Shown here piece by piece: positions 23,833-32,406 of a DNA stretch of 32,406 bases (the first letter of the stretch is position 1; every line of letters begins with the position of its first letter). The DNA is from Octopus bimaculoides (Eukaryota). The position numbers and the translations under genes are program-made. The stretch covers positions 37,906,334 to 37,938,739 of the forward strand of contig NC_068990.1 in NCBI RefSeq assembly GCF_001194135.2, read 5' to 3'. Under the pieces are notes generated by a model, which worked only from the letters and a program-made list of their open reading frames with translations, searched no databases and had not been told where the DNA came from.

Positions 23833-24060
23833 CTGTTTCTTTCTTGCCCACAGGGGGCTAAACATTGAGGGGACAAACAAGGACAGACAAAGAGATTAAG
23901 TTGATTACATCGACCCAGAGAGTAAGTGGTACTTATTTAATCAACCTTGAAAGGATTAAAAGCAAGGTCAACCTCGGAGGAATTTGAACTCAGAATGTAA
24001 CAGCAGACAAAATACCACTAAGTATTTCGCCCGGCGTGCTAACGATTCTGCCAGCTCGCT
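23833..24060 (-). mobile_element. SINE family B, full length, relatively young
   Basis: The reverse complement starts GCGAGCTGGCAGAATCGTTAGCACGCCGGGCGAAATACTTAG...GAGTTCAAATTCCTCCGAGGTTGACC (A/B boxes, CpGs retained) and ends ...TTTAGCCCCCTGTGGGCAAGAAAGAAA. Confidence 0.9.
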
Positions 24061-25138
24061 AAATAACAACCTTTATAACTGTGAAACCATCACCAGCATA
24101 GGTACTGCATGACTGCCACAACTATTGTACCACTTCTCCAAGAATCACTAGAGGACCATCATTCATACAACCACCAGCACCAATAGTAGTAGCACCACCA
24201 TCGCCACCACCACCACCACTACCATCACCACCGCCACCACCACTATCACCAAAGTCTTTTGCACCTGTCATGTTTAGGTAGTTTATTCATAATTAAATTA
24301 TCGCTTATATTTCATATAGATAGAACTTCATGAAGAAAATTTTGGAGGCCACCAAAGTGGACACTGCTAATAGGATGACATATTTGCTATATACTTCAAG
24401 GCACTCATTGGTCTTCAATATCATTATCAATGATATTTTCATTGATAGTTATCTTCCCAGACGTTGTGATTCACCAGCTGAGTGTAGCAACAAGGACCAT
24501 GAAGTACAAGCATCCCAAGTCTTAAGACAACTGGTGTTACTGGTAAATCATCGAAGGACCTTATCAAAATGATTACAACAGTAGTTGAAATGATGGGTAG
24601 ACTATTCTCTACATAATGGCTGTAAAAGTAAATTGGTTTGGCCATTGTAGCAAAGCCTTGTTTGCTAGTGCCACTGAGACAGAAACAATAAAGACACAAT
24701 ATTGCCCAAAAACGTTTTAAATTTACTAAAAAGCATGTTATGATATTTTTTACTCATCGGAATCTTGACACACCTTTTGAACAAACAGTGGCACATTAGT
24801 TTGATTCTGAACATACTTTACATGTAGAGTTAAAAATTACTATCACACTTCTCATCCCATGGGAATCTGATAATTACTGTTGTGTCATATGTGAGAAGTT
24901 TTTAAAACGTTATGTTTTAAAGTTAGTTTAGCAATAATAAATCCTTAATATATTTTTCAACTTGTTTAATAAATAATATTTCGGTATTTTACAATTAGGA
25001 ATAAATTATTTTTTTAAATGTTCAGTCATTAGTATAAAGTTTCCAAAAGCCTTAAAATATGTTACCCACTTTAACATTTCATTCAATTATGTTGTTCTAA
25101 AGAATTTTTCATACATATCCCAAGTAACAATAATTATC

Positions 25139-25331
25139 ATGCAGGAGTGGCTGTGTGCTAAGAAGCTTGCTTCCCAACCACACGGTTCCAGGTTCAGTCC
25201 CACTGCATGACACCACACCTTGGGCAAGTGTTTTCTACTATGGCCTCGTGCCAACCAAAGCCTTGCGAGTGGATTTGGAAGATGGAAACAAAAGAAGCTC
25301 ATCGTATATATACACACACACACATATATAT

Positions 25332-25367
<36 letters not shown>

Positions 25368-25572
25368 TTGTGTGTCTGTGTTTGTCCCCCCACCATCATT
25401 TGACAACCGATGCTGGTGTGTTTACATCACTGTAACTTAGCAGTTCAGCAAAAGAGACCACTAGAATAAGTACTAGACTTACAAAGAATAAGTCCTGGGG
25501 ACGATTTGTTCGACTAATGGTGATGCTCCAGCATGGCTGCAGTCAAATGACTGAAACAAGTAAAAGAATAAA
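25139..25572 (+). mobile_element. SINE family A, full length
   Basis: GCAGGAGTGGCTGTGTGCTAAGAAGCTTGCTTCCCAACCACACGGTTCCAGGTTCAGTCCC ... CTCCAGCATGGCTGCAGTCAAATGACTGAAACAAGTAAAAGAATAAAA. Confidence 0.92.
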
Positions 25573-26083
25573 AATCTGTTAATGATCCTTTTATCACTGC
25601 TTCAATAAATATGGTCAGACACATGCTTCCCTAATGCCGTCAAATAATACAGTAATGTGACCAGAATTGTCTCTCACAATTCTCAAAGTAATAGAAACTA
25701 GTGGAATAACCAGACTCATATTGTTTTCAATTATCATGTAATCATTTCAAATTAGCTTTACAATGTTTTATGAACTAAATATCTTAACCTTAATTTACCT
25801 ATCTTCTTGTCTATATTTCTGCCACACCACTTTTACTTTTTGTTAGCTTTTTACTTCACCTTGCATTAAATACGTAATGAAACCTGTTGATCTTTTAGAT
25901 CACTTTTGTTATAAGGGTTGCTTTGACTAACCACATTTTGTGGAACTAATTTTTCTATAAAAGTACATGGGAATCTAGTTTCTCTTTCCTATTTGGCTTC
26001 ATTCACTCAACCTGTTTCTCACTTTATTTTGGCAATAATCATGCTAGGTCTAATTTTGCTTTCACTTTCCACATAACTAATAG

Positions 26084-26124
26084 TTAAATTCTGCTTTGGC
26101 ACAGCCTTGACAGAATTTCTGCAA
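26084..26124 (+). CDS. Candidate coding exon (41 nt, phase 1-0): xKFCFGTALTEFLQ
   Basis: Pyrimidine tract ttttgctttcactttcc, then actaatag| acceptor and consensus donor CAA|GTAAGT, with a single open frame. Confidence 0.35.
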
Positions 26125-26356
26125 GTAAGTGTGTACATGCTTGTTTAACTAAGATTTTTAATGACTTCTATTTACAATTCACTCATTTAAATTTATAATA
26201 CAAATTATTGAATTGATATTAAAACAGGAAAACATTTACATAATTTTCCTTTAACATTTCGATTGTATAAATTATATAAGTCACTTATTGGATGTACATT
26301 TTCATGAATACATCATGTAAAATTTTGCAAATTAATATCTTGAAATCTATATTTAT

Positions 26357-26436
26357 CTTGTATTCTGAAGTCATGCATTACAGAAATTCTGTTGTACTTG
26401 TATTCTGAAGCCATATATTACAGAAATTCTGTTATA
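26357..26436. repeat. 40-bp tandem duplication (2 copies, 36/40 identical)
   Basis: CTTGTATTCTGAAGTCATGCATTACAGAAATTCTGTTGTA followed by CTTGTATTCTGAAGCCATATATTACAGAAATTCTGTTATA. Confidence 0.9.
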
Positions 26437-26998
26437 TTATAATAATAGCAAGAACCACTAAGAACTATTTTCTCTGTTGGTAAATAGGAAAATAAGGAAA
26501 ATTATATACAAAAATTTTTATTGTTATATTTAAAGCTGAACCTTTTAAAATTGTTTATAAATAAATTAAAATTAACAGTACTGCAGTATTGCAGTGCAAT
26601 CAAATATGCCTACTACACACACATATATATTATAGGCTGACTGAAATTAATATAATCACTGTTGCCATTCATGTTCTTTCAAATATTTTGAAGTTATCTC
26701 CCTTGCATTTTGAGCAAGAAATATTGAAGTTAATTGCTTTTCTCTTCATTATGGTCGTACTTTCAATTGATTAAATATTTTGGGGGTTCACTAGATTAAG
26801 TGTGCGAACAGCTGTTTTAGTCTTGGTCAAGACATTAAACTGCATTAAAATGGGCTAAGAAGTCAGGAGTTTTGGGGAGTTTTGGGTTCTCTGATTAGTA
26901 GATAAGTGGGCCCTGCGCCTCAAAGGCAAACACTGGAAAGTAAAAGACTAGTGGAATAGCCAGAAAATAAACAAGCAGAAAACATCGTAAGAATTCAG

Positions 26999-27052
26999 GA
27001 TCTGGCATGGATATATGTGATTACCAGTGCCAATATATTCTGTCATTCTAAA
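26999..27052 (+). CDS. Candidate penultimate exon (54 nt, phase 0-0): DLAWIYVITSANIFCHSK
   Basis: Donor AAA|GTATGT opens a 121-nt intron that ends in a very strong acceptor. The exon's own acceptor (gtaagaattcag|) is weak. Confidence 0.25.
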
Positions 27053-27173
27053 GTATGTATGTGTAAACCTAAGTTTTACTGAATCAGATCAAAATGTAGC
27101 TCAGCAAATTGCAGATTTATCTCCCTTGCCTTTTTGGTATTGTCACTGATTTTTCTTTCCCTTTCCATTACAG

Positions 27174-27179
27174 GTGTAA
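27174..27179 (+). CDS. Candidate terminal coding segment (V-stop) followed by putative 3' UTR
   Basis: Branch-like CTGAT at 27146-27150 and acceptor tttttctttccctttccattacag|GTG TAA. All three frames stop within 13 codons, as expected for a last exon. Confidence 0.3.
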   Translation: M

Positions 27180-28949
27180 TTTCAATTGCTTAAACATTTC
27201 TAGGGGTATTTGAGAACCAATTCAAGTTTATGTTAGTGATACTGTGTTGTACTTTTTACACTGTTGCATAATGTAACCATTTTCTGGCCAGTCTACTCCT
27301 CAAAATCAGAATTGAGGTTTTAATCCTTAAATCCCAAACAGTAATAACTTTTGGGACATCCTTTTTGCCTTTATCCTGCAATACATATCCTGAATGAAGA
27401 ATCTATTTCGAAACTGTAGCTGAAACTGATATTTCATATTTAATATTAAGTTATATATTTTATTTATGCTTTATGCATGTAAACTGAACTATCTGTTTTT
27501 GGTAAATGTAATATTCTCATAATGGTATGGCATTTTTGCAGTGTCAGTTGGATTTATAGCAGTGTTCATGACCAGATAGGCAAACCATAAAAATACTGAT
27601 TCTAAAAAAACATCATAAAGGGGGAAAAAAGAAGTCTATTTATTGACAGTCTTTTTCCTGTCACTCATATTCTGTAGATAGAATAATTTTCTTCATGTTT
27701 TGGTTCTAAATTTTGTAGTTTTATTGCAACTTGAAGGCTATTTTACCAAAATATATATTTGTCCACTTTTGTAACTTTTGCGTTTCCATTCATCTCTGTC
27801 AGCACATATTTTAATGCACATAAAATGCCACTAAAAAACACCATGTAAAAAAAATTCTAATCAAATATTTGAAAGATTCTAATCAAATCTTTCAAGTTCC
27901 ATTTTATTCTTCCTTGTTAATCTGTTATTCTGTTTTTGTTAATTCAAATGACTTCTGTAGTCAAAGAAATGAATAGTTGTTTAGTCACAGGACAACTTTG
28001 CTTGAGCAAATCTATTATCAAATACTTTCCTACCATGAACATCCCCATCATTTTCATATTATAGGAATACATTGTCCAGTGTGTTGTTTCTTTAAAAGGT
28101 ATGATACAATTTGAAGGACAGGATATTTGGCTGCTATTCTTAGTAGATCATGTAACTGAGTAAATACAATCACTTGCAGACAAATGCAGGGTTTCTTCTA
28201 GTTTGCCATTTATACAGAATGATCATTTCTCTTCAGAACAAACCACAGAATGCCACTAGTGTTTGCTATTCATTGGTACTTGAATTTCAGAAAAAAAAAC
28301 CCCTTCCATTGGCACTTCAAACACTGAACACTTTACAAGTAAACAGAATATATATAGTGACGCTTCTGTGAAAAATAATAGTCAAATTACTTTTAAATCT
28401 TCCTGTAACATTTAAAAACAGGAAAATAGCTTAGACATCATCTATGTGTTCATACTCCAGTTTTCATATATAATAATTATGTAGCAGGTATTCTATTTAA
28501 AGAAGTAAAAGATCATATGACCACAATTTTTAACACTGAGTCTACCTTCAAACAACTGACTTATGATCAAAAACGCCCTAGCTGTGAGCACTATGTCTCT
28601 TGTTTTCAGATACAATATATAAAGGACTACATTATTAAGTTTATTTTATCTTGTGTAAGATATAGTTTGTAATAAGATATAATATGATGAATATTTGCAT
28701 GTTGTTTCTAGCAGATAAGCAACCACTTAAAACTTCCATCTTTAGCTTAAAACTCCATGTGGTTGGTGATCTTTGTGTCAAGATTTTATCATCTGCTTTC
28801 GTGAGGCTTACATTGTCTGGAACACATATTAGAGCATCAGATGAAAAGTGTTGTATTTGTTCCAGAGTTTTACTTTCCAAGTTCAAATGCTACCTTATAT
28901 CAACTTTAATTTTCATACTTCTAGGGTTGGCAAGGTAAACAAATATAAA

Positions 28950-29045
28950 GCAGTGGATTTGCTGAATCATTAGAGCATTGACCAAAACGGTATGTAGTAT
29001 TTGTTCTGGCTCTTTATGTTCTAGATTCAAATTCTTCTATGACAT
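28950..29045 (+). mobile_element. Degenerate family-B SINE head
   Basis: GCAGTGGATTTGCTGAATCATTAGAGCATTG...GTTCTAGATTCAAATTC aligns with the family B 5' end. Confidence 0.55.
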
Positions 29046-29829
29046 TGGTGCCAAACTACATCAGCCCTTAACATTTCCTTGGATAACATCAATGACATAG
29101 AGAGTAGGGATACCTGAAACATGTGCAACTGCTGGTAATAATAAATAAAAAAACATGCCAAGATTTTTGTACATGAGAGGACCATTTCAGATGCATACAT
29201 ATATTATGGCCCAACCTACTGGAAATAGTATTCCCCCTACTGGAAATAGTATTCAATCTAAATCTCATTCATGTTTTATTATACTGTCTTAGGAAATGTA
29301 GAACATGTAGAATAATGTTGTATCTGATGGGAAAGCAAAAATGTTAGTGTATTTTCTGGTATACAAGTTGAATTTCTAAGACTAAAACTTAATAGCAAAA
29401 AGATAAGTTGACTAATACATTGAAATGACTTTGAAGGGCCAAAAATTCTATGTAAAATGCTGCAGGATTTGAAAAGATAATGACAATGTTTGATTATGTT
29501 TACATTTTATACTTCATCATTTTGTATGCTTGGAAATGTGGTAACAAAAGGTTTGTTTGATAAGAGCTGCACCAGCTATAATATTAATGCATTAACAAAA
29601 ATATCAGTACAATAACTGTAAAACCAGTGCATCAATGCTAATGTCAGTACAACAATAAGTGCAGTAACAGCAACTATAAGAGGAGTCACAGAATAATTTT
29701 TCTCATTGTGATTCCTGTAACATATTATTTATGAATTGTCCTTATACTGTTCAATGTCTTTCAAGAACAATTCCTAATTATACAAACAATCCTAGATTTC
29801 CAAACTCATACTGCAAAAATGATTGCTTC

Positions 29830-30360
29830 TAATTCCAGTACAAGGCCAGCAACTTTCAGGGGATGGATTTGTCACTTGCATCGACCCCCATCCTCTATTA
29901 TTACACTGCTGAATGTCTAGTGGTTAGGGGATTGCATTCATGATTTCAAGGTATTGGTTTCGACTCTTGGATCAGGTGGTATGTTGCGTTCTTGAGCAAA
30001 ACACTAAATTTTATATTGCTTTATGATCAGTTTGACAGCTGATGTGTGACACACTGTGCAATACTATAGAGAATGTTAAATAAACATAGGGAGTGAGCTG
30101 ATGTACAATACAAACATTTGACCAATATAAGTAAATAATCTGTGCAGATTGTCCAGCAAAAAATTTGTAGAACCCTCATCGGTCATTTATGACAGGAGAG
30201 TACACAAAGTATTACACAAGTGCTTTCCTTTTATCCAATCCAAAAGAATGAATGAATGAGTTGACGACTACTAGATTTCAACTCAGATTGTAAAGATTCA
30301 CAAGAGCCAGAAAACCTGTTTTCTTTTTTGCCATAAGTCTTCTGATTCAATTGATTCATT
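29830..30360. mobile_element. Family-C SINE (+, ~29907-30209) nested inside an old family-B SINE (-, 29830-29890 and 30220-30360)
   Basis: The family B reverse-complement pieces CAAGGCCAGCAACTTTCAGGGG...CATCGACCCC and ...AGATTTCAACTCAG are interrupted by CTAGTGGTTAGGG...GGTTTCGACTC...GTTCTTGAGCAAAACAC. The direct repeat TATTACAC occurs at 29899-29906 and 30210-30217. Confidence 0.6.
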
Positions 30361-31384
30361 AACCTGGTACTTGCAGAAATAAAAGAAGTACACAGTATTG
30401 ACTAGGAATATAAATAATTAAGCAACTCAAATATCTGATAATAATGTCAATTCACTATTCTGTGTGGTATCTTGATGATTGTTTTCTAAATTTCTTGTAA
30501 TTTGGATTAGAACTTTCTTCTGATATAATTTTATCATTTATATTTATGACATTTATAATATGTATCATTAAATTCCCTAAGTATATATATATAGTAATAA
30601 TATTAGGGAATAAAGATTTATTCCAACCTTACAGGCAAAAATCGGGATAATATTACACCGCGTTTTGTAATATATAATATATATGTATATAACTAATTTA
30701 GAGACGAACCACCATTCTACAATTCAGTCAACTCAGAACCCGTCCAAATCCATGCTGAGAGGCATATACCATATTAATATTTATCTAAGATTTTAATCTA
30801 AAATTTTTAAATTTTAAATTTAAATAATATATCATAAATATATCATATAAAGAAACACTCATCATAAAAATATTAATTAAAAAATTTTTTTAATATTTTT
30901 TAAAATTTAAAAATCAAAATTATAATTTGGACAGTAAAAATCAATACAATAATATATAGTATGAAAGTATAAATGTATAAAAGTCAGTGCTAGTACATAG
31001 ATTATGCGCGTTTCATGGCTGAAATAGGACTATATAAAATCATAAGCAAATTCTATCCAAGTTCATTAGAACGGGGAAATGATTTTACACCCAAAATCAG
31101 TTACTCTTCTGGTGAAATCCCTAAGAAAATACTTAAATCATTCAAGGAATAAACATAAACATGAGAAATAAAGATATATATATAGAGACAAAATCTGTAA
31201 ACTAATCCCTACATTAACGATATTAATATAGTTATTAAGAGTTGCAATCTAAAAATATTATAGTAAACAAGGTTAAAACATTGAGGAATAAGTAGATAAT
31301 AGAAATAATGTGTTAGTGTACAAAGTTACTAACAGACGTATGTCAATATTGTTTAGAAAATTAAAATAAGAAAACATGACTTAC

Positions 31385-31440
31385 CTGCCGGCTGTTAACT
31401 GTAAATAAACCAAAATGGCCGTGCTATAGAATTTATACTA
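31385..31440 (-). other. Candidate non-coding first exon of a leftward gene (5' end uncertain)
   Basis: The minus strand reads ...ATAGCACGGCCATTTTGGTTTATTTACAGTTAACAGCCGGCAG|GTAAGTC, a perfect donor preceded by a CGGCCATTTT motif typical of 5' UTRs. It lies inside the CpG-retaining region. Confidence 0.4.
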
Positions 31441-31885
31441 AAAGGTCTCGTGATAGATATGGCGTCTATTACCCAGAAGTACATGCGTATTATAATTACT
31501 AAAATAATAACGAAAATATCGAAAAAGAAAATCTACCTAAAATAAAAAGTTTCTTGAGGATTAAAAATGCTAAAATACTTAAACTCGCAAATTAACGCAG
31601 AATAATAACTATACCACATACGAATATTCTATATAACGTAAATAATGTTAAGAAAACTTTGCAAAAGACCGCTCATATTATCGTTGAATACTTTATAGTC
31701 AAAGGTTAAATCATTATGGAAGAAGTAAAAAAAAATAGTAAAAAAATGTGTTAGTGTAATGAGTTAACAAAAGACGCATGTCAATATTGTTAAGAAAATT
31801 AACATTAGAAAATATAACTTATTTGCCGGCAATTTACCGGAGATAAACTAAACAGGGAGTACCTTAGAATTCTCACGTAATAAAC

Positions 31886-31904
31886 ATGGCGTCTATTACA
31901 AGAG
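31886..31904 (+). CDS. Candidate first coding exon of a rightward gene: MASITR + phase-1 intron
   Basis: AAAC ATG GCG TCT ATT ACA AGA G|GTAAAT has a strong Kozak-like context (A at -3, G at +4) and a good donor, and lies in the CpG-retaining region. The rest of the gene would lie beyond the window. Confidence 0.4.
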
Positions 31905-32262
31905 GTAAATACGTATTATAATTACTAAAATAATAACGAAAACATCGAAAAAGAAAATCTACCTAAAATAAAAAGTTTAGTGAAGATTAATAATATTAAA
32001 ATACTTAAAACTCTCTGATTTACGCAGAATAATAACTATACCACATACGAATATTATATATTACTTAAATAATACTATGAAATATTGTAAAAGACTGCTC
32101 ATATTATCGTTGAATACTTAAAGTAAAGGTAGTTATACGTTCTAATTTTGTATAATATTGTGATGATTAAAGCGTATTCTAAAGCTAATTAGATGTATTT
32201 CACGCTACTGATCATAACTATAAGTTGGTACCTAATCTTATGCCTAGATAGATAAATAAGTT

Positions 32263-32406
32263 GGCGCATGAGTGGCTGTGTGGTAAGTAGCTTGCTTACC
32301 AACCATATGGTTCCGGGTTCATTCCCACTGGGTGGCACCTTGTGAGTGGATTTGGTAGACGGAAACTGAAAGAATCCCGTCATATATATATATATATATA
32401 TATATA
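32263..32406 (+). mobile_element. SINE family A 5' half with internal deletion, running into (AT)n at the window edge
   Basis: GGCGCATGAGTGGCTGTGTGGTAAGTAGCTTGCTTACCAACCATATGGTTCCGGGTTCATTCCC...GGCACCTTG|TGAGTGGATTTGGTAGACGGAAACTGAAAG. It lacks the ~44-bp segment present in the other copies. Confidence 0.9.

Larger units (their letters stand above)
31307..32129. repeat. Tandem segmental duplication, two ~400-bp copies (31307-~31708 and 31745-~32129), period ~438 bp
   Basis: Collinear from AATGTGTTAGTGTA to TGAATACTT...AAAGGT. Near-identical blocks such as GTATTATAATTACTAAAATAATAACGAAAA(T/C)ATCGAAAAAGAAAATCTACCTAAAATAAAAAGTTT and ACGCAGAATAATAACTATACCACATACGAATATT are interspersed with diverged stretches. 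Confidence 0.93.
31000..32150. promoter_or_regulatory. CpG-retaining putative (bidirectional) promoter region
   Basis: Roughly 30 CpGs in ~1.15 kb of very AT-rich DNA versus 2 in 27001-28000 (counted by eye). YY1-like AAAATGGCCG (31412-31421) and ATGGCG motifs are present, with a minus-strand donor CAG|GTAAGT at 31385/31384 and a plus-strand ATG with donor at 31886-31904. Confidence 0.5.

Noticed and set aside
22839-23880. Poly-F/R/V/T/G-rich ORFs (e.g. 22839-23222, 23424-23759, 23509-23763) resembling mucin or transmembrane proteins
   Set aside because: They derive from trinucleotide microsatellite mosaics that are open on both strands, with no convincing splice context.
30735-30760. miR-184-like TGGACGG seed on the minus strand
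   Set aside because: The match stops after 7 nt and there is no pre-miRNA-length hairpin.
31015-31152. 45-aa ORF MAEIGLYKIISKFYPSSLERGNDFTPKISYSSGEIPKKILKSFKE
   Set aside because: Short, no recognisable motif, and its length is within chance expectation. It is not supported beyond lying in the CpG-retaining region.
30540-32200. Possible NUMT or mitochondrial control region (very AT-rich, duplicated)
   Set aside because: No recognisable mitochondrial protein, rRNA or tRNA sequence. Nuclear-type splice donors and Kozak context fit better.

Overview
Very AT-rich eukaryotic DNA from a gappy short-read assembly, with 9 N-gaps that mostly abut (AT)n/(CA)n/(AG)n microsatellites. The tRNA-headed SINE families and microsatellite load look like an Octopus (coleoid cephalopod) genome; this is inference from recognising the repeats, not a database result. 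No prokaryotic features, CRISPR array, rRNA or bona fide tRNA are seen, and nearly all ORFs in the supplied track are artefacts of N-gaps or simple repeats. Well-supported features are a 5'-truncated R4/Dong-type LINE end in a TAA tract, two mariner derivatives with TIRs, a piggyBac-like MITE, about 18 SINE fragments of three families, a Penelope-like repeat carrying a minimal hammerhead-like motif, and a 20-bp minisatellite. A chain of phase-compatible candidate exons suggests an unidentified + strand gene, at low to moderate confidence. The most interesting structure is a CpG-retaining ~438-bp tandem duplication at 31.3-32.1 kb. It looks like a duplicated bidirectional promoter in which the left copy kept the leftward splice donor and the right copy kept the rightward ATG plus donor. 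That interpretation is a hypothesis; no clearly novel protein system could be demonstrated from sequence alone.
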